Part shown: positions 1 through 8,580 of the stretch, piece after piece
How the letters are laid out: every line of letters starts with the position of its first letter
Numbering within the stretch: the stretch's first letter is position 1
Source of the DNA: an uncultured Rhizobiaceae bacterium
Lineage (GTDB): Bacteria; Pseudomonadota; Alphaproteobacteria; UBA828
Length of the DNA stretch: 46,020 nt
Direction: 5' to 3'
Assembly (NCBI GenBank): GCA_964624055.1
Contig: CAZUXZ010000114.1
Location: 1-46,020, forward strand
Program-made: the position numbers and the translations under genes
The notes under the pieces: generated by a model
What the model saw: the letters and a program-made list of their open reading frames with translations, nothing else
Database searches by the model: none
Told to the model about the DNA's origin: nothing

Positions 1-614
1 ATCAGCACCGCCTCGGGGTGATTGGCCTCAATGGAGTGTGCGATATTCTGCAGCATTACCGTCTTGCCGGTGCGCGGTGGAGCAACAATCAACGCGCGCT
101 GTCCCTTGCCGAGAGGCGCCACCAAATCAAGGATACGCCCCGTGGTGTCCTTGATCGTGGGGTCGTCAATCTCCAAGGTGAAGCGCTCATCCGGATAGAG
201 CGGCGTCAGATTATCGAAATTGACCTTGTGGCGAATCTTCTCTGGGTCGTCGAAATTGATCGTTTCGAGCTTCAGAAGCGCAAAATAACGCTCACCATCT
301 TTAGGTGATCGGATCGGTCCCTCCAGCGTGTCGCCAGTCCTGAGGCCGAAACGACGGATCTGGCTCGGGCTGACATAGATATCGTCAGGCCCCGGCAGAT
401 AGTTCGCCTCCGGCGAGCGCAAGAAGCCAAAACCATCTTGCAATGCCTCAAGCACGCCGGAACCCGTGATGATCTCGTCATTCTCTGCGAGCTGTTTTAG
501 AACGGAAAACAACAAATCCTGGCGGCGCATGCTGCCGGCATTCTCGATTTCCAAATTCTCGGCGAATTCGAGCAGTTCCTTGGGCGATTTGGTCTTGAGT
601 TCCTGGAGATGCAT
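1..614 (-). CDS. rho: Transcription termination factor Rho (5' part; runs off the left edge)
   Basis: Absent from the ORF track because there is no stop in the window. Manual translation from ATG at 614: MHLQELKTK...[43 protein letters not shown]...[15 protein letters not shown] (RNA-binding domain and Walker A). Confidence 0.97.
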   Translation of the reverse strand, partial: MHLQELKTKSPKELLEFAENLEIENAGSMRRQDLLFSVLKQLAENDEIITGSGVLEALQDGFGFLRSPEANYLPGPDDIYVSPSQIRRFGLRTGDTLEGPIRSPKDGERYFALLKLETINFDDPEKIRHKVNFDNLTPLYPDERFTLEIDDPTIKDTTGRILDLVAPLGKGQRALIVAPPRTGKTVMLQNIAHSIEANHPEAVL

Positions 615-768
615 ATCGTGGTTAACCTGAAATCAAGCGAGGTGGGACTTCTTGGTAGGATCACAAAACGGCGCGGATTAGCCGAACGGCGGTAATATTT
701 TGGAAAGAGTGCGGAGAGACCGGCGCACCGGACGATCTTTCGAGCCCGATCATGCGACCAATGAGAGG

Positions 769-796
769 ATTATCGAACAGACGACACGAATGTCAA
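769..796 (-). promoter_or_regulatory. Putative sigma70 promoter of rho
   Basis: Minus strand TTGACA-N16-GATAAT with an AT-rich tract immediately upstream, about 150 nt before the rho ATG. Confidence 0.55.
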
Positions 797-814
797 ATAA
801 AGATTAATTATTTT

Positions 815-1258
815 TTAAAAAGGCTTTACTACTACGAATATGACAATGGCAATCATTGCCACCGTCGGCACCTCATTCATGTAGCGGTAGAAGCGTGCGG
901 TGTGCCGATTGCGGCCATTGACGAAATCTTTACGCCAACATGCCAAAAAATGGTGAAGAACCAAAAGAGCAAAGACAAAAACAAGCTTAACATATATCCA
1001 AATATCGCCCGACCAATCGACGACACCGGTTTGCGACAGAAGGGCGCCTCCAAGAACCAATCCAAGGATCATCGCCGGATTCATTATCGCACGCTGCAGA
1101 CGCCGCTCCATGATTTCAAATGTTTTTGCTTTATCCGAACCCGGTTCTGCATCACAGTGATAAACGAAGAGCCGCGGCAGATAAAGTAGGCCAGCCATCC
1201 AAGCTATTACCGCTATAATGTGGAGCGCCCGGAGCCAGGTATAAGGATCTTCAGACAT
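815..1258 (-). CDS. hemJ: Protoporphyrinogen oxidase HemJ
   Basis: WLRALHIIAVIAWMAGLLYLPRLFVYH, MERRL and NEVPT motifs; hemE-hemH-hemJ-rho context. Confidence 0.96.
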   Translation of the reverse strand: MSEDPYTWLRALHIIAVIAWMAGLLYLPRLFVYHCDAEPGSDKAKTFEIMERRLQRAIMNPAMILGLVLGGALLSQTGVVDWSGDIWIYVKLVFVFALLVLHHFLACWRKDFVNGRNRHTARFYRYMNEVPTVAMIAIVIFVVVKPF

Positions 1259-1272
1259 TCGCCGTACCGCTT

Positions 1273-2331
1273 TTATCGACCAGCCAAAAGTGGGCAGCCT
1301 GAATGCTCAGCGAGACAAACCCGGCTGTCTACATGAGAAAACAAACTGTTCTGATTATTCGGTGCGCGTCTCACATTTTGCCGTACCAGCTCTGCCAAAG
1401 CATCAATAAAGGCTTGATGACAGCCCATGGCTGGCACCCTGCGATATGTCGGCACGCCACATTCTTCCGCGAGCTTGCGATATTCGATATCTAGCTCGAC
1501 TAGGGTCTCCGAATGTTCCGAAACAAAGGCGATCGGCGCCACCACCAAGCCCTTGCCGTCAGTGCCGGCACGACGAATCTCGTCATCTGTTGCTGGGCCG
1601 ATCCATTTCATCGGCCCGACGCGGCTTTGATAACAAAGACGCCAATCTAAATCCCTAATACCCAGACGCCCAATGATCTGTACAGCCGTCTGTTCGACTT
1701 GCCAAGCGTAAGGATCGCCCTTTTTAACGATGCGCTCGGGCAGACCATGGGCCGAGAGAAGGAGCCGCACCGGTCCTTCCTCAACAGCTTCTTGCAGAAC
1801 CGGCGAGATTAAAGCGCTTTGGGCCTCGATTAAACCCGCTACGGTCGGGTAGCAACACAGTGCTGACGTCGCTACCTGCGGCGCAAGCAATCCGGTCTGG
1901 CGTGCTACGCGGTACCATTCAACCAACGAAGACTTTGTTGTTGTCGTTGAAAACTGTGGGTACAGCGGCAGTAGAACCACTCTATCCGGCGCATAACCCT
2001 TCACCTCAACGGCAGTAACGTCGCTACGTGGATGCCAGTAGCGCATAGCAATAAACACCTTGACCTCCCCGAGATCGGCAAGTGCAGTTTCCAGAGCATG
2101 CGCCTGTTTCTGAGTCTCCTGAAGAATAGGAGATTTACCGCCTATATGATGGTAAATCTCCTGGGCTATAGGCGCGCGTTTCCGCGAAATTCTTCCTGCG
2201 AGGAAAAGACGTAAAACGCGCGGCAAGCGAATAATCGCCGGATCACTGAAAAGGTTGTAGAGAAAGGGTTCCACCGCTTCAGGTGAATCCGGTCCGCCCA
2301 GATTGAATAGAACAACGGCTGTTTTCGGCAT
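1273..2331 (-). CDS. hemH: Ferrochelatase
   Basis: VLFNLGGP, AMRYWHP, LPLYPQFS, LSAHGLP, YQSRVGP, FVSEHSETLVELD motifs. Confidence 0.97.
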   Translation of the reverse strand: MPKTAVVLFNLGGPDSPEAVEPFLYNLFSDPAIIRLPRVLRLFLAGRISRKRAPIAQEIYHHIGGKSPILQETQKQAHALETALADLGEVKVFIAMRYWHPRSDVTAVEVKGYAPDRVVLLPLYPQFSTTTTKSSLVEWYRVARQTGLLAPQVATSALCCYPTVAGLIEAQSALISPVLQEAVEEGPVRLLLSAHGLPERIVKKGDPYAWQVEQTAVQIIGRLGIRDLDWRLCYQSRVGPMKWIGPATDDEIRRAGTDGKGLVVAPIAFVSEHSETLVELDIEYRKLAEECGVPTYRRVPAMGCHQAFIDALAELVRQNVRRAPNNQNSLFSHVDSRVCLAEHSGCPLLAGR

Positions 2332-2334
2332 TTT

Positions 2335-3384
2335 CTAATATTTCCAACCGTGAATAAGTTCTGCAAGCTCGCCAACGTTCTCCGTTGGCGTCTGTGGCAA
2401 AATACCGTGACCTAGATTAAAGATGAACGGCCCGCCTGCTAGTGTTTCAAGTATCCGCACCGCCTCTTCACGCATTGCGGCGCCCCCGGAGACAAGATAA
2501 AGCGGATCGAGATTACCCTGCAGTGCAGCGTGGGGTTGAAGTACCTCAGCGGCCCAAGCTAATGGCACAGTTGAATCAAGGGAAATAGCCGAAATGTTGG
2601 GATCGCGCGCAAACAGCTCATAGGAAGAGCCAACACCACGCGGAAAGGCTATAATCGGCACATCAGAGTGCTTTTCCCGAATACGTCTTGCCATTTCAGC
2701 GATGGGTGCCAAGCTCCAGCGGCACAGAGCTATTTCTGGAAGAACTCCCGCCCAGCTATCAAAGATTTGAATGCATTCAGCGCCGGCTTCAATCTGTGCT
2801 ACGAGATAATCGGTTGTGCTATCCACCAGAAGATCGATCAATGAATCGAAGGAATTCGGTTCCTCATACGCCCAAGCTTTCGTTTTGGCGAAATCCCTGC
2901 TACTGCCACCCTCAATCATATAAGTAGCCACAGTCCAAGGCGCACCAGCAAAACCGATCAACGTCGTGTCTAAAGGTGCATTGCTGGAGAGTCCTTTAAG
3001 AGTATCGAATACTGGATCTAAACTACTAAGAAATATTTCCTTATCATATATTGGCAACGGATTATCCCGGCTGATGACTTCCAGTTTCGGACCCTCGCCT
3101 TCGGCATAACGCAAGCCGATACCAAGCGCATCCGGCACCACTAAAATATCAGAGAAGACAATGATGCCATCCATGCCGAATCTCCAGATCGGTTGCAGAC
3201 TGACTTCGACAGCCAGGTTTGGAGAATAACAAAGGTCAAGAAAATCTCCCGCTTCAGACCGGATCTTGCGATATTCCGGCAGATAGCGTCCGGCCTGACG
3301 CATGAACCAGAAGGGTACTGGCGCTTGACATTCACCTCGGAGTGTAAGGAGCATAGATTTTTGTGACAGGGTCTTTGGATTCAT
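2335..3384 (-). CDS. hemE: Uroporphyrinogen decarboxylase
   Basis: WFMRQAGRYLPEYR, FSDILVVP, IGFAGAPWTVATYMIEG, QGNLDP, IFNLGHGI. Confidence 0.97.
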   Translation of the reverse strand: MNPKTLSQKSMLLTLRGECQAPVPFWFMRQAGRYLPEYRKIRSEAGDFLDLCYSPNLAVEVSLQPIWRFGMDGIIVFSDILVVPDALGIGLRYAEGEGPKLEVISRDNPLPIYDKEIFLSSLDPVFDTLKGLSSNAPLDTTLIGFAGAPWTVATYMIEGGSSRDFAKTKAWAYEEPNSFDSLIDLLVDSTTDYLVAQIEAGAECIQIFDSWAGVLPEIALCRWSLAPIAEMARRIREKHSDVPIIAFPRGVGSSYELFARDPNISAISLDSTVPLAWAAEVLQPHAALQGNLDPLYLVSGGAAMREEAVRILETLAGGPFIFNLGHGILPQTPTENVGELAELIHGWKY

Positions 3385-3832
3385 ACAGTTTTCATTCTGA
3401 CTGGCGGTAAGAATGTCTGAGTGATGTTATACAAACATCTATTTCTCTTAAATTCTTATAAGAATTAAAGGTAGTAGTAGTTGTAGTAGTGCTGGGGAAA
3501 ACGGGGATTTTATGCTTATCCCAAGTCGATCCGGTATGAAGGTGTGAAGTTAGAATTTGAGGGTCTAGTAGTGGAAGAGTTCAGGAAATTCTCCTTATAG
3601 AAAGATATTAACAGGCATTTATGGCGAGCGACAAAACGGGGATTAATGGGATAAGTATATCTAAAGCAAAACTATCCCCGTAAACGTTGAGCGAGGCTAA
3701 AATGGGTGTAAGCGAAGATATAGGTCACGGATCAATTGGTGAAGATTCAACATTTGCTGCCCGTGTTGGATGCGTCCACAAATTTCGGCGGTGTTATACA
3801 CATCTGCTGATTCATAGGAATTATGAGAATGT
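3385..3832. other. Chromosomal replication origin (oriC)
   Basis: AT-rich intergenic region between divergent hemE and PDRP, the usual alphaproteobacterial oriC position. TAG-repeat DnaA-trios at 3472-3489; adjacent boxes at 3493-3501 and 3502-3510; further box-like 9-mers at 3427, 3516, 3637, 3646, 3672 and 3772; a perfect TTATACACA at 3794-3802. Flanking genes point away from it. Confidence 0.88.
3472..3510 (-). promoter_or_regulatory. Basal unwinding module: two tandem DnaA boxes plus six DnaA-trios
   Basis: Minus strand reads AAATCCCCG TTTTCCCCA GCA CTA CTA CAA CTA CTA CTA, then an AT-rich tract. Confidence 0.85.
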
Positions 3833-4657
3833 ATGAGCGTTAGGAGTTTTCATCTTCATCTCGTTTCCGATGCAACGGGAGAGACCGCAATTACTGTGGC
3901 GCGTGGTGCGGCGGCACAGTTCAGCGATGTTGAGGCTATAGAACATCTTTGGTCTCTGGTGCGGACTGAGGATCAATTGACCCGTGTACTTTCGAGCGTT
4001 GCTGCTAATCCCGGTGTGGTCATGTTTACCCTCGTAGATGCTGATTTGCGTCAAGCGCTTCAAGAGGGGTGCCTTGATCTTGACATCCCGTGTGTTCCGC
4101 TGCTGGACACTGCGATTGCCATATTGAGCCAATATCTCGGTGTTGAAAGCACTAACCAGCCCGGTGGTCAGCATGTCATGGATGCGAATTATCAGGGTCG
4201 CATTGATGCGATGAACTTCACCTTGCTGCATGATGATGGGCAAGCGACCAACTCTCTTGAACAAGCTGATATCGTGCTTGTCGGCGTATCGCGTTCGTCG
4301 AAAACGCCAACTTGTTTCTACCTTGCCAATCGCGGATTTAAGACGGCAAATGTACCGGTGGTACCCGGCTGCCCCCTGCCTCCAGAAATGGAAATATTAC
4401 AAGGCCCTCTGGTGGTTGGTCTTACCTGCAGCGCGAATCAATTGGTAGATATCCGCCGCAACCGACTGCGCATGATCGGCCAGGACGAGAGCACAGAATA
4501 TGTTGACCCCGCGTCGGTGGTTGAAGAAGTCAAACATGCTCGGCGACTATTTTCCAAGACTGGCTGGCCGGTAATCGACGTCACCCACCGTTCCATTGAA
4601 GAGACAGCAGCCGCAGTGCTTCAGCTCCACGCTAAGCATATTGATGAGGATCTTTAG
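3833..4657 (+). CDS. Pyruvate,water dikinase / PPDK regulatory protein (kinase/pyrophosphorylase, PDRP family)
   Basis: HLHLVSDATGETA, HDDGQ, ADIVLVGVSRSSKTPTCFYLA, IDVTHRSIEETAA. Confidence 0.94.
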   Translation: MSVRSFHLHLVSDATGETAITVARGAAAQFSDVEAIEHLWSLVRTEDQLTRVLSSVAANPGVVMFTLVDADLRQALQEGCLDLDIPCVPLLDTAIAILSQYLGVESTNQPGGQHVMDANYQGRIDAMNFTLLHDDGQATNSLEQADIVLVGVSRSSKTPTCFYLANRGFKTANVPVVPGCPLPPEMEILQGPLVVGLTCSANQLVDIRRNRLRMIGQDESTEYVDPASVVEEVKHARRLFSKTGWPVIDVTHRSIEETAAAVLQLHAKHIDEDL

Positions 4658-4661
4658 CTGT

Positions 4662-5687
4662 TCAAAGCCAATTATAGGAAAGCGCTACGGCGCTACGGCC
4701 GGGCAATGGTAGAATGGTTTCCTCATCAATTTCCAACCAAGGTGACTCTAGACCAACTTCTGAACGCGAGAGCACGTTGGGGTTTCTCGGTCGAGCATGG
4801 TCTGTACGGCGAAACCTTGCCCGGTAACACACGACGGCACCTCTTTCCGTATTGGCGATAACATAATCCTGATCGCTTGCCGCGCCGAGCTTGCTGAGCT
4901 CGTCTTGTTTTATCGTAAGCAGTAGATGATGGCTGACGATATTGCTATCATCGAGCATGGTTAGGCGACAGTCTTCTTGACAGGTAGCGAATACGGCGAA
5001 GTGGGGCTGTTCTGCGCTGAGCAGCTGTGCGGCCATAGCGGCGGCACATTTTCGTCCGGATGCGTTTGCCGCGAACCCGAAATACTCGAAATATTTTCGC
5101 TCAAGAGTTTCTGCATAGACTTCCCCATTCTCGTTAAGGGTGCGACGGATATAGCCGAGGTCACGAGCTAGCAATCGCACCGCATTATCAGTCAACCGTT
5201 CGACCTTCACATGCATATGGCTGAGTACGATCGCCTCTGCGTCGGTGGGGCGCTGCATGAGAAGCGCATAATCGACATCAAGCAGTCGGTTGAGCAAGGC
5301 TGGAAAGGTCTTGTCACCCAAGCCTAGGCTGAGGGGCGATCGATAATCGCGGGCGATCTCTGGCGCGAAGCGGACCAGATTTTCGCCCGTCAATTCATTC
5401 GCCCGACGATAACGGATATGCTTGCGTAGGCTAACCGGCAGTGAGCCGTCGACGAGAAGAATTAGGGCTGATCTCTGAAACGGATGTTCATATGAAGCAT
5501 TGTTCGCGCCCGGCTGTAAACTTTTAGGCATGGCAAAGGGGTAGGATTTGGCGTGTTGCACGAAGCTGTGGTAACTCTCTATCAGCGTTGTTTGAACGAG
5601 AAATTCGCACAGATCATTGCGGGTCGTGGCGAAAGAGGATGCGCGTTCCTCCGTTACGGCATCGGGGATTGCTGAAACACTCGCCAT
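4662..5687 (-). CDS. Hypothetical protein (341 aa), no family recognised
   Basis: Long ORF filling the gap between PDRP and maf, with protein-like composition and a candidate own promoter (TTGACC-N17-TTACTT, minus strand, 5755..5727). Confidence 0.8.
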   Translation of the reverse strand: MASVSAIPDAVTEERASSFATTRNDLCEFLVQTTLIESYHSFVQHAKSYPFAMPKSLQPGANNASYEHPFQRSALILLVDGSLPVSLRKHIRYRRANELTGENLVRFAPEIARDYRSPLSLGLGDKTFPALLNRLLDVDYALLMQRPTDAEAIVLSHMHVKVERLTDNAVRLLARDLGYIRRTLNENGEVYAETLERKYFEYFGFAANASGRKCAAAMAAQLLSAEQPHFAVFATCQEDCRLTMLDDSNIVSHHLLLTIKQDELSKLGAASDQDYVIANTERGAVVCYRARFRRTDHARPRNPNVLSRSEVGLESPWLEIDEETILPLPGRSAVALSYNWL

Positions 5688-5786
5688 CTAAAGGAAATCC
5701 GCTTTGTTCCAGTGAACTATTCAGCAAAGTAAAAGCTCTTGATTCGGGTGGTCAAGGGGAATCGCTAAAAGGCTGAGGTCAACATA

Positions 5787-6386
5787 GTGAGCGGTGTAGA
5801 AACATTAATATTGGCATCAGCCAGCCCGGCACGCGCGGAATTATTACGAGGCGCCGGACTCGATTTCGAGACCCGCCCATCGCACGTCGATGAGACGGCT
5901 TTAAAGATCACCAAAAAACCTGAGGGCTCGGCGGCGGCGGCCCTTGCCCTGGCCGAGCTCAAAGCAGGTCATGTCGCAGCAGAGGAGCCCAACGATTTGG
6001 TGATCGGCGCGGATCAGTTGCTCGATTGCCATGGCGACTGGTTCGACAAGGTCCGCGATCGACAGGACGCGCGGCAGCAATTAAAGCTTCTGCGAGGACG
6101 TGCCCACCGTCTTGCGACAGCGGTCTGCGTTATGCGGGGCGGCGTGGTGCTGTGGCGCCACGTCGGATCACCGCGGCTCCAGATGCGCGACTTTTCTGAT
6201 AAGTTTGTTGAGCATTATCTCGACACCGCCGGTGAAGAAGCGTTTGGCTGCGTCGGCGCCTATCGTCTCGAAGGGTTGGGCGCGCAATTATTCGAAGAAA
6301 TCGAGGGAGATTATTTCACTATACTTGGTCTTCCTTTGTTGCCGCTTTTGGATTTTCTTCGCGGCCGCGGGTTGCTGGTGTCATGA
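5787..6386 (+). CDS. maf: Maf family nucleoside triphosphate pyrophosphatase
   Basis: LILASASPARAELL, VIGADQLL, VGAYRLEGLG, GDYFTILGLPLLPL; GTG start. Confidence 0.93.
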   Translation: MSGVETLILASASPARAELLRGAGLDFETRPSHVDETALKITKKPEGSAAAALALAELKAGHVAAEEPNDLVIGADQLLDCHGDWFDKVRDRQDARQQLKLLRGRAHRLATAVCVMRGGVVLWRHVGSPRLQMRDFSDKFVEHYLDTAGEEAFGCVGAYRLEGLGAQLFEEIEGDYFTILGLPLLPLLDFLRGRGLLVS

Positions 6387-7231
6387 TTCTCAGCGGTGTG
6401 GCCCGACTTGCGGGAGTGATGGGCTGGCCGGTCGAGCATTCGCGTTCGCCCCGCTTACACGGCTTCTGGCTTGAGCGGCATGGCATCGACGGTGTCTATC
6501 TGCCGCTCGCGGTGCGTCCTGAAAATCTTGAGACGGCGTTGGCCAGTCTCTCAGCGTTGGGGTTCGCCGGCTGCAATCTTACCATCCCTCACAAGGAAGC
6601 AGCGCTCAGACTGATTGACGAAACTACACCGTTTGCAGCTGAGATCGGTGCGGTTAACACGGTGATCGTGCGGAAGGATGGGTCGCTTCTCGGCGACAAC
6701 AGCGATGCATTCGGCTTTATAGAAAATTTACGCTCTGCTTCACCCAATTTCGACCCCACGGCTGGCCCCACAGTGGTACTCGGTGCTGGCGGTGCAGCGC
6801 GCGCGGTCTGTGCTGCCTTAAAAAAGGCTGGCGCGGTCGAGATTCGCTTACTTAATCGCACCCTGGTGCGGTCAGAGTGTTTATCCGAAACTTTCGGCGC
6901 ACTTGTGCGCCCGCTTCCCTGGGAAACCCGCGCTGGTGCTCTCGACAGTGCGGCGCTTCTCGTCAATACAACGAGTCTTGGCATGGATGGTCAGCCGCCG
7001 CTTGACCTCGACCTTTCGCTGCTTCCCCCGGATGCGGTGGTGAACGATCTGGTCTATTCGCCGCTAATCACCGATTTGCTCGCGGCGGCAGCGGCGCGCG
7101 GTAATATCACGGTTGATGGTCTTGGCATGTTATTGCATCAGGGACGCCCGGGCTTTGAGGCTTGGTTTGGGGTCGCGCCGGAAGTTACGGACGAGTTGCG
7201 TGTCTTTGTCACTGGTGATCTTGCGCCATGA
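6383..7231 (+). CDS. aroE: Shikimate dehydrogenase
   Basis: GWPVEHSRSPRLH, GCNLTIPHKE, IGAVNT, LGAGGAARA, VNTTSLGM, DGLGMLLHQ. Confidence 0.96.
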   Translation: MILSGVARLAGVMGWPVEHSRSPRLHGFWLERHGIDGVYLPLAVRPENLETALASLSALGFAGCNLTIPHKEAALRLIDETTPFAAEIGAVNTVIVRKDGSLLGDNSDAFGFIENLRSASPNFDPTAGPTVVLGAGGAARAVCAALKKAGAVEIRLLNRTLVRSECLSETFGALVRPLPWETRAGALDSAALLVNTTSLGMDGQPPLDLDLSLLPPDAVVNDLVYSPLITDLLAAAAARGNITVDGLGMLLHQGRPGFEAWFGVAPEVTDELRVFVTGDLAP

Positions 7232-7872
7232 TGATCCTTGGCCTCACTGGTTCGATCGGTATGGGCAAGAGCACTACGACTCGGGCATTCGCACAACTGG
7301 GCGCGGCAATATGGGATGCTGATGCGGAAGTGCACCGACTGACCGGGCCGGGCGGCGCGGCGGTAACGGCGGTGACCGACGCTTTTCCCGATGCGCGCAG
7401 CGATGAAAACGGTGCGGTCACGGTTAACCGTCAGGTTCTCGGCAAAATGGTGTTTGGCAACAGTTCTGCGCTAAAACAGCTGGAGGATATTGTTCACCCC
7501 ATGGTGCGTCAGGCGGAACGGCGGTTTCTCGCCATTGCCGAGCGCCGGAGTTGCCGCCTTGCGGTACTCGATACCCCGCTCCTTTTCGAAACTGGCGGCG
7601 AGGTGCGCTGCGACGCTACCGCGGTGGTTTCCGCCCCAGACTTCGTTCAGCGCAGTCGGGTGCTAGCCCGTCCGGGCATGACGGAAAGCAAGCTCAATGC
7701 TATTCTTGCACGCCAGATGACTGACTGGGAAAAACGCCGGCGCGCGGATTTCGTCATCCATACAGGCCTAAGCCGGCGTGAATCAGCACTTCAGTCGCAA
7801 AGGATTTTTATAACCCTTGTGGTGCGACGCGGCCGGTGCTGGCCTATCTGTTGGCCCGCCATTGCAAATTGA
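7228..7872 (+). CDS. coaE: Dephospho-CoA kinase
   Basis: ILGLTGSIGMGKST, DAD, LEDIVHP, DTPLLFE. Confidence 0.95.
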   Translation: MMILGLTGSIGMGKSTTTRAFAQLGAAIWDADAEVHRLTGPGGAAVTAVTDAFPDARSDENGAVTVNRQVLGKMVFGNSSALKQLEDIVHPMVRQAERRFLAIAERRSCRLAVLDTPLLFETGGEVRCDATAVVSAPDFVQRSRVLARPGMTESKLNAILARQMTDWEKRRRADFVIHTGLSRRESALQSQRIFITLVVRRGRCWPICWPAIAN

Positions 7873-7890
7873 CGTAAACTATCATTTGCA

Positions 7891-8568
7891 ATGCGTGAAA
7901 TTGTTCTCGATACCGAAACCACGGGCTTGGATCCAGCGAGCGGCGACCGGATTGTAGAGATCGGCTGCGTTGAGCTGATTAATCATCTCGCCAGTGGCGA
8001 AACCTTCCAATGCTACATCAATCCCGAACGTGACATGCCAGAAGGTGCTTTCCGGGTACATGGCTTGAGCGCGCAATTTCTTGCCGATAAACCGGTTTTC
8101 GCTGATATTGCTGATTTATTTCTCGAATTTGTTGGCGGAGACAAGCTGGTTATTCACAACGCCTCTTTTGATCTCGGATTTCTCAATGCGGAGCTTGAGC
8201 GCATTGGCCGGTGTATACTTCCATCTACCCAAGCGGTCGACACTATGGCGCTTGTGCGGCGAAAATATCCCGGGGCGCCAGCCAATCTGGATGCGCTCTG
8301 CCGGCGCTTCGAGATCGACAATTCCGAGCGCAACCTGCATGGCGCCCGGTTGGACTCTCAACTTCTCGCTGAGGTATATCTCGAACTGATCGGCGGCCGC
8401 CAGCCCGACTTGGTGCTGCCGGCGAGCCAGAAGTGTGGCTCTGATGAGAGTGCGGATGCGGAGGCCAAGAAAGCCCGTGAGCCGCGTTCCCACGCGCCGA
8501 GCAGCGAGGAAATAGCGGCCCATGACGCTTTTATCGCCAACCTCGAAAATTCAATCTGGAAAAATTAA
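7891..8568 (+). CDS. dnaQ: DNA polymerase III epsilon subunit
   Basis: MREIVLDTETTGL, IHNASFDLGFL, HGARLDSQLLAEVY (DEDDh exonuclease). Confidence 0.97.
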   Translation: MREIVLDTETTGLDPASGDRIVEIGCVELINHLASGETFQCYINPERDMPEGAFRVHGLSAQFLADKPVFADIADLFLEFVGGDKLVIHNASFDLGFLNAELERIGRCILPSTQAVDTMALVRRKYPGAPANLDALCRRFEIDNSERNLHGARLDSQLLAEVYLELIGGRQPDLVLPASQKCGSDESADAEAKKAREPRSHAPSSEEIAAHDAFIANLENSIWKN

Positions 8569-8580
8569 CAAACCGCCGAG

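Noticed and set aside
752-1189. 145-aa plus-strand ORF and the many other short overlapping ORFs in the track
   Set aside because: Antisense or out-of-frame shadows of well-supported genes (here hemJ), expected in GC-rich DNA; no motifs.
3471-3490. GTA microsatellite as a contingency repeat
   Set aside because: Better explained as DnaA-trios given the adjacent DnaA boxes and AT-rich tract.
3385-3832. CtrA boxes (TTAA-N7-TTAA) and an IHF site in oriC
   Set aside because: No exact match found by eye; the TTAA pair at 3448 and 3465 is spaced by 13 nt, not 7.
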